Source: Octopus sinensis (lineage: Eukaryota). From it: 64,000 nt of DNA. Shown piece by piece: positions 12,416 to 26,737 of the stretch. The DNA is taken from NCBI RefSeq assembly GCF_006345805.1, contig NW_021825323.1, positions 1,178,001 through 1,242,000 on the forward strand, read 5' to 3'. Below the pieces are notes generated by a model, which was given only the letters and a program-made list of their open reading frames with translations, made no database searches and was not told the DNA's origin. Both the position numbers and the translations under genes were made by a program. The stretch's first letter is position 1. Every line of letters begins with the position of its first letter.

Positions 12416-12920
12416 ATGAATTCTCTTAGTGATTATCAATATCGCGAAATAATACATGATCGATATAAACTTGGGTGATTAATCAAATGGTTAATTAATT
12501 TTTAGTTCATTGTTGAAGAAGCGTTTGTATAGTTCATCAGTCATTCATCTTATAATTCATATTATCCTAGAATTGTATTTTATCTACAATAGTTCATCTG
12601 AAAATTTGTCATCTTTATTTCTAATTGTGGTCAACTCGATAACCATTGGCAACTGTGCTTTATTTTTTCTTCTTCGATATTCCCTGAGAAATAATAAACT
12701 TTCAATCCTCACGATGTACTCAATTCTTTTATTACTATTTGGCTCAGTTGTAATTTATGTCGTTTTGGAATTTTTTTCTAACTTTAAAAACCAGAAACTT
12801 TTTTGGAAGTCCGAGAAGCTATGCTATTTTATTATTTCTACATTGCTATGTGCAGACTTATTTTGTGCTTCATATTCTCTTAGACTTATTCGTTGTTTGA
12901 CATTAAATAAAAAACAATAA
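12416..12920 (+). CDS. JAGN1: Jagunal-like ER membrane protein (2 exons)
   Basis: MNSLSDYQYREIIHDRYKLG|SLLKKRLYSSSVIHLII resembles JAGN1 [20 protein letters not shown]...VHLVI; several TM segments; one 31-nt intron. Confidence 0.6.
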
Positions 12921-13389
12921 TTAATTATTGGACGAACCAGGGTGTGTTAGGATTGTGAACTTTTTGTTAAGCTTAAAAATAAACAAAATTAGCTCGAATT
13001 AATTTCAAATTTCATTTATTTTTCGAAATAGGCTAAATTTGTTTAAAGTTTTAAATACAGGTGGTTAATTAATTGCTCAGATAACGTCTCTTGGTAAATT
13101 TTTTCTTTCTAAAGTGATTTTTTCCCATGTAAAATTCCTTTTTCTCGATTGTGTCATTGCTGTTCTTTTCTTAAACCTGATTAGTGTTTTCATTCTGAAC
13201 ATTCAAAGTGAATTGGACCCAAATCCCAAACAAATGATTCTTTTCATAAAAAAGTTTTGAAAATTTTATATCAATTTCCAGGAGTTGGAAGAATGTTCGA
13301 AAGACAAATCAAAGTTTTCTTAATTTAATAAGTTAAAACGAATTACTTTAATTTTCAAATATTAAAAATTTATAAATTAAATCCATTAA

Positions 13390-14880
13390 ATGTTGCGTAA
13401 AGAAATTGCATTGCTTCGAAATTTTTATCAAAGTCGATTTCTGAGTAATAAAACATTTTTTTGATATTTTTTCAAAAATAATACTTTAAAGGCTCTTCTC
13501 CGTTCGATTGGAAAGATCCAGTGGATTTAGAATCATTGCTATCAATAGAAGAACGTATGATTAGAGACCAATTCCGTTCCTACTGTAGTCAAGAACTTAT
13601 ACCCAGAGTGACCAAAGCATTCAGAAATGAAGGTTTTTTAAAATATATAAAAATAGAATTTGATATCAATATCATGAGAGAACTCGGAAATCTTGGAGCA
13701 TTAGGTTGCACAATCAAAGGATACGGATGTCCCGGAATCTCATCGGTTGCCTATGGACTGCTCTGTCGAGAAATTGAAAGGCATGACCTTAGTACTTACT
13801 TGGACAGAGTAGATAGCGGATACAGGTCTGCTATGAGTGTCCAATCTTCCCTAGTAATGCATCCGATACATAAATTTGGTTCAGATGAACAAAAAAGTCG
13901 TTTTTTGACAAAACTTGGTTATTTTATTTAAAACATAAATAGCCACTGGAGAGTACATTGGTTGTTTTGGTCTCACCGAACCCAACCACGGAAGTGACCC
14001 TGGAAGTATGGAGACCAAAGCAGTCTATATTCCTCAAATGAAAGGATATCTCTTAAACGGAGTAAAAACATGGTAGAAATGAAATCGAGTCAAATTAGGA
14101 TAACAAATTCTCCAATTGCAGACATTTTCATAATCTGGGCTAAATGTGACGTATTCGAGAACCGCATCAAAGGATTCATTCTTGAAAAGGGTTGGGAAGG
14201 ACTTTTGACTGTTAAAATAAACGGAAAGTTCTCCCTTCGAACGAGCATAACCGGAGAGATTTTTATGTCCAATGTTTTTGTTCCTGAGTCCAATCTGCTT
14301 CCCGGGGTCACCGGATTGGCGGTATTTTTCAAGTTCTTCAATTTCAGGGACCGTTTAGTTGTTTGAACAGTGCTCGGCTTGGTATTTCGTGGGGAGCTTT
14401 GGGGGCGGCTGAATTCTGTTACCAAAAAGTCCGGGAATATGTAATGGATCGGTTTTGTCATTTATATTCAAATTAGAAAGCAATTTGGAAGGCCATTGGC
14501 TCACAACCAGTTAATACAGACAAAACTAGCAGATATGATCTTAGAAATCAGTCTTGGCCTGCTTCTTTGTCACCGTGTTGCTCAGATTGTGGATTCAACT
14601 GATTGGTTTGTGTTGAATATTTATTTCAGTTATCCTTCGACACTCATTTCTATGGCAAAACGCAATTCTGCGAATAAATCCCTTCAAATATGCCGAACTG
14701 CTCGAGACATGCTTGGTGCAAATGGAATTGTTGATGAGTTTGGTGTGATAAGACATGTCCTCAACCTCGAAAGTGTGAATACCTATGAAGGTCACGTGAC
14801 TATCAAATATTTTAGGGACTTGTGATATTCACGCCTTAATCATGGGACGAGCAATAACAGGAATTCAAGCCTTTAATTAA
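13390..14880 (+). CDS. GCDH: Glutaryl-CoA dehydrogenase (mitochondrial)
   Basis: [105 protein letters not shown]|[19 protein letters not shown]. Confidence 0.97.
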
Positions 14881-14953
14881 ACTTTAATAAATCGTCTATT
14901 TCTAACTGGCAGTCCATCTTTTAACCAACCAATATTTAACAAGAAAAAGTCAA

Positions 14954-16105
14954 TTAAAGTAAGTAGGGAATAATGGCTTTCCTTCCACGTGGATAATTAG
15001 AGAACTCCCGTCGATAGACTCGATGTTTCTTAATCGCCCAATTCGTCATCTGAATGAAGCCAACAACCGCAAATACAAACGCTATCATTTTAGCCACACA
15101 TCAAACAAGGCAATGACTGAGAAGCAACAGCAAAACTCAGCCAGGAAATATACTCATAGAAATAGTTTGGACACGAAACGAGATTAAATAGACTTGTAAA
15201 TACATTTCCCGTCGGAAATGGAATTTTTCTTTCCTTTGTGCCTTATCATAACGTGATAAACAAACCCTCAGTCCGAAGGTTCCTCAATGCTTTATGAATA
15301 CAAAAATTCCCCCATTCTGCAACCTACAACTCTCAATGTCACAACTACCAGGAAAAAGCCGAGTCCCCCATACAATTGGACCCTCCCAAAATCTACAAAT
15401 ACATTCAAATGAGTACAGGGAGGACTATAATTGACATTATTATTACAGTAGGCAATATATGCGGCAAATCCCCAATAATATGAACAGTTCTACAATATAT
15501 ATATCACTTACCTTGAAGAGATTAAACACCGGCATCGTCGAATGAGAGAATCTGTGAATAAAAACTGTCTCGAACAGTCTTTTGAAGTAGTGAAAAGAAA
15601 AAGCCAAAGTACAAAGTCTAAAAAACTCACAAATCTCAAAAATGACAGTTTTGTTTCTGAAGAGAACGAACTGTCCGAATTTGAGAAGTAGTAAAAGGCC
15701 GGATAGATCACAAGGGGACCAAAATACTCCAACAAAAACACCTGGAGTAGTGAGAATTGTAAAAAATACTGTTTTCCATGATATTTGGGCACCCATGTCT
15801 TTGAAAAATATGGTGATTTGACTTTCTGAGGAAATTTGAGAGATTTGGGCCATATCGTCGAGATTCCGGGATTCTATGATTGTTTTTTGAGTTATAATAC
15901 TTTTATCGGCTTTGAAGGACTGTCTGGATATCGAATAAGATGGGACTATAGTTTATAAAATGCAGAATTACTTCGATAATTAAGATGTTCTTTTAATTGG
16001 AGTATTGTACAGTCTGATTCAACCTATTTTTATGTTTTGGTAATCTACTTCAAAGACGTCAATCTCTTTATCAGAGTGTATATTCAAAATCCTCACAGTA
16101 ATCAT
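14954..16105 (-). CDS. TECR: Very-long-chain enoyl-CoA reductase
   Basis: [12 protein letters not shown]|[37 protein letters not shown] and C-terminal [14 protein letters not shown]; Ubl-like N-terminus. Confidence 0.95.
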
Positions 16106-16227
16106 GTCAATTATTTTATTTATTTATTATTGGTTTAAAAAATACTTAATTTAATGAAAAATAAGGTAATACAAATAAATTAAATTTATTCAAAATTTTA
16201 AATTATATTGACCTGGATTCTCTACGG

Positions 16228-16290
16228 CAGGGGTAGCCAACCAGTTGATCGCAGCGAATTTTTGGTCGATCTCCTTCAATATATAAAAAT
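16228..16290. mobile_element. Solo hAT-like terminal fragment
   Basis: CAGGGGTAGCCAACCAGTTGATCGC resembles the CAGGGGT hAT TIR at 61185; no partner end found. Confidence 0.4.
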
Positions 16291-16314
16291 CTAAAGGTTG
16301 AGTGGTACAATAAA

Positions 16315-17240
16315 CCGGAAGTTCAGTGCTATTGATGCAAAGGGTTTGGCCACATAGCACACTTCTGTAAAAATCAGGAGAAATGTTAATTTTTTTCGGC
16401 GCAGATGCGGAGACAGATTGCGAAGTTTCAAACATAAAAAATGTGTCAACTGCGGTTCTCCAAGTCATTTGGCTAATTATCGGGGCTGTCAGATGCCAAA
16501 AGAAGCAACAAAGTTAAAAACTGATAAATTATTGCCACAAAACTTCTGAAAACTGCATCAGAAAATGCCAAAATCAACCAAACTGAGATAAAAAAATTTC
16601 AGCTCTGAAGCCAAAGATAAACTCATATTATGTAAACAATAAACCAAAGAAATCAAACTCACCCATCTATATATCTCCTGCTGAAGTCGCAGCGGTGACT
16701 ACCAGTACAAAATCATCCCTATTCTGTGGACCAGACTTGATTCCAACAACCTTGCTAAAGCACCTTGGTCCCATCGGAATTGATGCAGTGACAAACATTT
16801 TCAACTATTCTGTTAACCAGAATCAAATACTAAATATATGGAAAAATTCTCTTATACGCCCAATTCTCAAGCCGGGCCGACCGAAGAACGTCCCCTCCTC
16901 CTACAGACCCATTTCACTTTTATGTTCAAAAGATTCTTGAAAAACTAATTCTCGATTTGATCACCCCTATTCTCCCCCTTACATATATCCAACATGGCTT
17001 CAGGAGTAATTTCTCTACCTCGACACATCTTACCACATTAACCCAGTTTATAATGGAAGGTTTTGCAACTAGACCTCATCTCAAATCAATTGTATGCTCA
17101 CTCGATCTTCAGAAGGCCTTTGATTCGGTCTCTAGAAAGATACTGACTCAAAAAATATTTGGCCTATCCATCGACTCAAACATAAATCTTTGGCTTTCGA
17201 ACTTCCTCAGCGGAAGGAGCCAACATCGGGAAAAGCTGAG
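16315..17240 (+). mobile_element. Jockey/I-like LINE remnant (ORF1 zinc knuckles + RT N-part)
   Basis: CY*CKGFGHIAHFC and CVNCGSPSHLANYRGC knuckles; RT motifs GPDLIP, YRPISLLCS, QHGFRS, LDLQKAFDSV. Frameshifted. Confidence 0.85.
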
Positions 17241-17559
17241 AGATTTTGAGGATTGTTGGAATCACCTAATTAATTACCCTAATTAACTGTTGGTGATTCC
17301 TGAGTTAAATTAAAAAATTATTAGAGAAATTATAGTAGAGGAGAGCTGGAAAAAATGCTCTAACTCCCATAAAAATCCGAATTTTTGAAAAATTTTTTCA
17401 AAGATGAGTTGCGATAAAAAAGGAGGAGAGATAAAATTCAGGTCAAGTGGAGGCAATCCAATTCCGAATGCTGAAGTACCTGAAAAGTCAAGAGAACAGC
17501 TAGATCAGATGCAAGAAATGGACCCTTTGTCGGTGATTTCACAGACTATACAAAATGGT

Positions 17560-18800
17560 ATGTGTCTTTATGAAACCCCATCGCTTACAGATGGGTAAAA
17601 ATAAATCCCACGGTTAGGATTACATACCTAGGATTATCTTCAAAAGGCGAGAATGCTTTTGTTATATGAACTATGAAAATTATTTAATTCTTCGTGAAGT
17701 GCCGGGCATGTCCCCAAAACGTGGAAGAAGACAATTGTTCGGATGAGCCAAATGAAGGGCAAGCCGAGTTCGAATCCTGCAAATTAAAGGCCAATTAGCC
17801 TCATATGTTCAATCTCAAAAATCATGGAAAAAATTGTTTTTTTACAGACTATCAACTTATATCGAAGATAATCAATACTTTTTGCAAGAGCAATGAGGTT
17901 TTCGGCGTAATAGAGACACTGGAAATTGCTTTTCGCTACTAAAGAGGGCTATTTATACTGCACAAAAGAAAAAAGAATATTTTACTGCCGCATGTCTAGA
18001 CATATCAAAAGCATTTGACAGTGTCTGGCATGCCGGGTCATCACAAACCTTACACAATTTCAATATCGGAAAGACGGCCCTAGTTTGGATAAAGAGTTTT
18101 CTCTCGGGAAGATAATCGTTCATACGCTTCGGAAACCAATTGTCGAAGAAAATCTTGTTTATGAGAGGAGTTCCACATGGATCTGTCATCAGTCCACTTT
18201 TATTTAATTGTGAAATGTGCGACATCCCTAAAGTGGATCATTCTAACATGGAAATGATTATTTATGCAGATGATATTTTACTTATGGATTTTTCCGTGAG
18301 CAGATCAATATCATGGAAAAGAAATCTTGGTCATATTGAAAAGATTGCAAGATGGTGTAAAGAAAAGGCTTGTCTCTATTCTTTGAAAACAGTACTGTTT
18401 CCTGAATAGGTAAGAACAGAAGGAAACGTGAAAAATCTAAAATATTTCGGAATCGTTGTGGATGCATTTGGATCTTTTAAGAATCATATAATCAGCAGAA
18501 AGATAAAAGCTACTCCAATTCTGAAAACTCTCAAACGATTTAAATTGAAACCGGAGATCTTTCTGTACGTATACTCTGCGTGCATAGAATTATTCCTGGT
18601 CTATGGAATTCGGATGGTTCAAAAGCAGCGAGAGAACAAAACACATTAAACTTTTGGATGAAACATGGAGATTTGCAATTAAATTGGCGTATAGTTAAAT
18701 TTAAACTCCAAATTAACCACAAAGTTGGAGAGATCTGTGCGATCCATTGATGAATTATTTCATCACAAGTAAATAGTGATGCATGGAGCAATTTTCCTTA
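17560..18800 (+). mobile_element. Jockey-like LINE reverse transcriptase remnant
   Basis: GHVPKTWKKTIV...RPISLICSISKIMEK, CLDISKAFDSVWH, GVPHGSVISPLLFN, YADD, KYFGIVVD; multiple stops. Confidence 0.85.
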
Positions 18801-19069
18801 GTTGAAGGGACATATGGTGTTTTGTTTCAGTCTGCCTCAACCAGCAAAAACAAACTCGGTTCTTTGTCCATATACCTCTTTCTTTCCTTCTTCCTTTTAT
18901 TTGGCAAGTAGACCTCCAAGAAGGTGCAGATCAGCGCCTCTCGCTGACTAAATGTCTGGACTGAATCTGCAAGCATAAAAAGGGATACTTTCCAGAATCT
19001 TTTAAAAAACAGTTGGTTGGTTCACAACTTTCTATTTGCCTTAAACCATATCTGTTGCAAGGGTTGTTA

Positions 19070-19255
19070 AAAATCGTGATTTTTATTGAAAAATCAAAAA
19101 AGTCTCAATTTAAATAGGAATTTCTTGATTTAAATCAGATTTTTATGAAATCGTGATTTTTATTGGAAAAATCAAAAAATCTGACATTTTAATTTTAACA
19201 GGATTATCTTAATTTAAATCAGATTTTTGTGAAATTAATGATTTTTATTCAAAAA
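19070..19255. repeat. Degenerate ~75-bp tandem repeat (~2.5 copies)
   Basis: AAATCGTGATTTTTATTG(G)AAAAATCAAAAAA...TTTAAATCAGATTTT recurs at ~19070, ~19148 and ~19233 (partial). Confidence 0.6.
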
Positions 19256-19422
19256 CAAAATTAGAAACCGTATTTATTTAATTAAAAGCTTGTAAACAAG
19301 GACAAGTTCGACAGTCTTTTCAATTCCAAGCCAATTTCGTCCATTCGAATGTAGGAATCCAAAATTAAAAAAAATTCGAAATCGAAATCCGCAACATCTG
19401 ATCTAGATGGATATCCGTTAGT

Positions 19423-20572
19423 TCATTGCGGTATTATTTCCGAGGTTACCCACGACCTGACAGTGTTTCTCCTGGACTCCGAGTCACCACAGCAGGTTAC
19501 AAACTCGTCGCCCTTAATTTAAATTCTCAATTTAAAACCTCCAATTCACAAAGTCCGGCTCTGACATTCACGTCGCACTTTGTACTAAAAATAGAAATAC
19601 AACAACAAACCAAATATTAACAAAACGCTGCAAAACCTCATCTCCTGATTGAACTAACAGAATTTGTGAAAAATCTTCGTTTTCTTGGAAATAGAAGAAA
19701 AATTCAACATAGGAACAAAAGCCAACAAACGGATGCCTGCAATTGGCCAGTTCCACCTAAAATAGACTCGAATGATTACCAAAGTCACTCCAAGGGCCCA
19801 AATGTCGGCCTTGACCGTATAAAAGTTCAATGCATCGCTAGAATTCATACTTAAGCGTTCAGGCTAGTCACATCAAACAATAAAAATACCGCCATATATT
19901 TCAAAGTGCCCAATCCAGTCGCCGCAGACGAGTTTTCTAGAAATCCCGAAATGCCAAAATCACATATTTTCACCGAACCCTCCAAATCGAATAAAATATT
20001 CGCAGGCTTTATGTCTACAGCAAATTTCCGTAAACATTCTTACCTCTGTGCATAATGTTCTTTGATTTTAGGTAAACAAGCGCGGAGGAGACCTAAAATA
20101 TCATCACATGTTTGCGTACAGCGTAGGCCACACAGGACAGGACTCTGGTCGGGACCTTCAGCTGGTATTTGTCTAGAATACACCCAAAGCTGGAGTTCAT
20201 CGGTTCCATGAATATCAGTAAGAAGTCCTAAAATAGTCTTCTAAGAATAAACTTGTGTTTTCGCACTTCCGTAATAATTCACGATGTGTTCGTGGGCGCA
20301 CATAATCGTCTGGAGAATAGCTTCTTCTCTCTTTGCAGAATAATTCTCTTCGGATAATAAATATTCCTGAAATGATAAAAATCGCAACCTTGATCGCTAC
20401 GTAGGTCTGAGAAGGGAGATGCAGAACCAACTTGACAGAGCCGTTGTGCCCTGAGCCAAGCGGTCTTATTTCTTCTAGGTCCTTAATATCGTATTTGAAT
20501 GTCTATAAAATGTATAACAAACACAACTCCTGAAGGAAAGTTTAGGAAGTAGTCAGCACGATAATTGAACAT
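19423..20572 (-). CDS. STE7-family MAP kinase kinase
   Basis: Spliced: [91 protein letters not shown]. Subfamily not resolved. Confidence 0.9.
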
Positions 20573-20822
20573 GTGGTAAAATTTTAAAGTTATTTATTAC
20601 AAAAATTTCAATTTTAAAATAGATTTAATTATTTAATTAATTTATTTTAAAAATCGGCAAGTCCCACTTTTTAATAAACCTTCATTAAGAACTAAAATAA
20701 TTAAAAAGCCAATTATTATAATTAATCTTATATTATAAAAATTTAGGAATTATTAAAAAATTTTAATACATTTTATTTAAAATAAATAAATTTAAAATAT
20801 AACACGTCAATTTGCCTTGCAC

Positions 20823-21105
20823 ATGACTTCAGAATTGACTGATTCCCAATTAAATCAAGTTCATTTGAATTAAAAAATCTAAAAAGTTTGCCGAATTGAT
20901 GCGAGGATTTAACCGAATGACTTTGACATGCTTCAAAAACTGTGTGAATTCATTTACAACTTCGTCTGCTACTGGAAAAGAGGTGAGTAAAGTCGTATTT
21001 ATTTAGACGACGTGCGTAAACATGTGCTTTGACAAATTATTGAATGCAAATCAGAGAATTTCAATGCGATTTCAGGAATATAACTTGAGTAATGCAGCCT
21101 CTTGA
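20823..21105 (+). CDS. TIMM9: Mitochondrial small TIM chaperone Tim9
   Basis: FNRMTLTCFKNCVNSFT...E|TTCVNMCFDKLLNANQRISMRFQEY; twin CX3C motif; two introns. Confidence 0.9.
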
Positions 21106-22978
21106 TTTATCCTTATATTCTTTCGTAAATAAATTTATGAATTTATTCTTTGCTAAATGATAGAAATTGTAAGATCACAATTTGTAAAACAAAGTCTCAA
21201 TTCGTTTTATAAAGACGAGGCCATTTTTAATATAAAATCAAAATAGTATTCATTTTGAAAGACGGAACGAGACCATATCTACCATTATTCTGTTTCTTCA
21301 TATTTATTTTAATGGACAACTTTGCAATTCATTGATTAAATGACCTTAAAGATTAAAATAATTTTCCTTAATTTATATAATTGCCAACCGATCTATTAGT
21401 CTAAATACTCAGTTGGAAATTTTATTTGTAGATAAAAGACAAACAATTTAACGAGCATTCTCGATGTTATCTTTTTTGGTAGTTCTTAATCAAAACAGTT
21501 TTTATCAACAAACATGTCCCAGCAGGTTGGATAATTAAATGTGAGTTTTATTGGCATTTAATTTCAATTCCAGTGGCTTCTATTATACTAATCTTTCATA
21601 AATGGATTTAATATGTGGAAAATATTCAATTGGATATAATATTTATGTAATGTGACAGAAATATATTCAGATTTTAAAAGTGCTCATTGAAATTCCACTT
21701 GGAAATAATTGAAAAATTATTAAATTCTTTCCATTGTTTTGATAGCCAGATTTTTTAATTAAATAATCTCTTAGACTACGCTAATCTCTTCCCTATCAAG
21801 AATGCGGGTGGGCTTTATACTTGGAGTCTTCCCTTTGTCTATTTTTTATTCGAAAGGGTATCCACCATGTGCATTCTCAGACAAAATCGTAAAATAGATT
21901 TCCGTGAGGCATAATTTAAATTAAATACATAAAAATCTCTCGTGATTAATTATAATACTATTAATAAAGTGGTGATTAAAAATATTATTATAAATAACAG
22001 ATGTTCCAAGGTCGTCCAGGTTGACCATCTGGTCATTTATAAATTCACATAATTATTATAATCAATTTAAATTATTGCAAGTTTGATCTTTGAACTATGA
22101 GTCATTGAGGATTATTTTTGACATTGAATATTCATCATTTCCATATCTTTATTAACATAATATTAATTTCTACATTTTTAATTAAGCTAAAATATCAAGT
22201 ACCCAAAAAATCTATTGAAAATTAAAAGCATGCCATTATAAGTGTATAAAATTTAATAGTTGGTTGAAATTGAATGAAATTAATGATCGAACATATTAAA
22301 TAGCATTCTTTGACCCACAAATGGCTCTGTAAATTTGCTGAATTATAATAGCCATTAATTAAGCTATAAATTTAAACCCACTTCATAGTTGTCAAGATGC
22401 CAAAAACTACAATAATGGACTGATTGGCCAACATCGATATCAATTCGAAATTCCTAAGCCACTGAAATAGTCATTAATTGCTGATAAATTCTAAATTCCT
22501 TGATAGAAAACACATCGGAGTGAATGATTCATGTATTCAAAATATTAGAGTGTGCCAAGAAATTTACGCACTTGAATTATTTTGTTTTATTTAATTACGA
22601 AATTGGCGCCATTTAGCATTTTTATTTCTATCGTTCAAATATAAATACTTTATTACGGTAAAAGCCATTAAATACTCTTTGGAATGTGTTCTCATCCTCA
22701 CCTACAGTTTGAATATAAATTAGTAAAAAAGAACAAAATCCACCAAGTAAGACAAGACCAATTCGTGTTATTTTCAAACTCATCTTCTAACCCATCAAAG
22801 GTATTTATTCAGCATTAAATTGAATAAAATAAAAATCAGAATTGTTCAATATGTTAAATGACATTTATGAACATTCCTTATCGATTAAGGAATATCTAAT
22901 CTCTAAAGCCTTAATTCGATTAATATTTATGGCCATAATTTGTTCTAGTCTATTGGGCAAGGCAGACAACTCTACCAA

Positions 22979-24659
<1,681 letters not shown>

Positions 24660-26737
24660 TTTTTTATATTTGTTGAAATTTTCTTATAAAATGTTTGATG
24701 TTGAATTTAATGAGGAAATTGTAATTAATTGGATTATTAGTGGCTATTAATTCATTAAATTGGTCATTTTCCCCGCTGAATTGATTACATGTCTAGACAA
24801 TATTTTTTTGAGTTGGGAACACTATAATGTGACCATAAAGCACGTTTATTAATTTACTCGGTCCATTATTTTAATTAATCGATATAATAATTCGATACTT
24901 ATTAAGTAGGGCACCCGGATTAACATTTTTATGTAATGGTCATAACGTGTTTTATTAATATAAAATATTCTTTTTTTAGTTAAAAATAATTATTGTAATA
25001 AATATATTTAAATTGTGGCCTTTTGTTGTGATAAATGATAATTTATGGTTTCTATATATATGACAGCAACGGAGGTTGTATGTTTTCTAAGGAATACGGA
25101 AAATTAAAAAGCTCAGTTTATAGTGGAAAAGTATATCTATGGTTATCCAATATCTAGAATTCAGAGTTATTACACGGATTTGTCTTTGTGGTTAATAAAT
25201 TAATTCAGAAATTATCATATGATATAAAGTACATATTTCCACGTATGCTCTAGCGGGGATAACTTCCGATCGGTGACCACACGTGGTTACAAAATACACT
25301 ACTATCAGTCTCTGACGAGAATAAGATTTATAATTATCACGGATCCGCCCACTGATTGCCTGTATGAGGCTCTTTCGGCATTTTATAAAAACGTCCTTTT
25401 CGAAAAAATTATATTTATAGGTTTATATCGAATTTGCGGTCAAGAATTTTAATGTTAATTTAAAGTCGAAAATTGAAAGTAATATTTTTCTTGAAAAAAC
25501 TGACAATTTTGTAAAATCATTATTGGAACGTTAACATTTTTGTCATTTTGTTATTTTTTGATTTTTTATAAACTAAGAATATTATTTCTTAAGTCAGTAA
25601 ACAGTATTTATAGCGCAAATCAAAGACACGTGATAATATAAATATATATTTTCACCAATGGTAGAATCCTCAGAAGAGAATTTGTGTAAATATTTTTACA
25701 GAGGCTTTATTTGTATATTTACTGGAAAATGAAGAATTGAAATTGTCGAATAAATGGATTCAAATATAAGTAGTTTTATACTTTACTTTGTTATCTATGT
25801 CTGCTTTTTTACTACTTGAATTAAACATTGTTTAATTGTTGCTTTATTCGAGATAGCTGAGTTACAAATTACAAGGTTCGGCTATTTTAGGTATGAAGAG
25901 GATTTTGGACAGGATCTTCTTAAACCTTATATTTCTAGTTTATGAGAAAGACATTAATAGAAGTCAAATTAAAGCCGGTTCTTACATTTTTCTCATGTTT
26001 TCTATGATCCAATATAAGTAGGCAGAACGGGAGATAAATATTGACCACAATTCATTTTAGTTGATTAGAATAGCCGTTTCTATACGCGGAGACGAGATCA
26101 AAAAAGCCAAATGAAAATTTTTTGTCATTTGTTGTATTTCTGTTTTGTGAGTCGAAAAAAATAATAGCAGGATAGATTTGACCGCGAGTCCAATTTAGAA
26201 AATTAACCTTTTAATGCTAAACAGCCAGTCCTTTTGAACTGAAACTGAGTGGAAATTGTCTGCAATGAATAACGTGGTCAGATAGTCATAAAAAGAAAGA
26301 TTTAGGGAGATTATCAATGATTTTTTTGAAGAGGAAAAAAATATAAGCAGATTGCTAAAAGGATTTTTACTGTAAAAATTATTTGGTCTGAGAATTTGCT
26401 TATAAGAGACCTTTTTTTAATTTCCGGAAAGATGTCGATTATTTGGTTAAACATTAGTTTTAGGTGGACAAATAATTAAAAAAGGTTTATATTTAATAAA
26501 AATGATATTTAAATATATTTATTATTTAAAATTATTTTTATAATTTATCAATTAATAAGTATTAAAAAGTTGTGCTGTGTATTCTTATAATATAGTATTA
26601 TATAATATTAAAACAATCGTAAAAAGTACACTTATAATGATTTTTATCAATTATAGATAATTACTGTTTATAATATTAATAATTTACATTAATTTTTTTT
26701 AGATTATAACCTATATTCTAATAAGAATTTTCTGCGA

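Noticed and set aside
17768-17777. GTTCGAATCC, tRNA T-loop/B-box-like
   Set aside because: Lies within LINE RT coding remnant (KPSSNPA); no cloverleaf.
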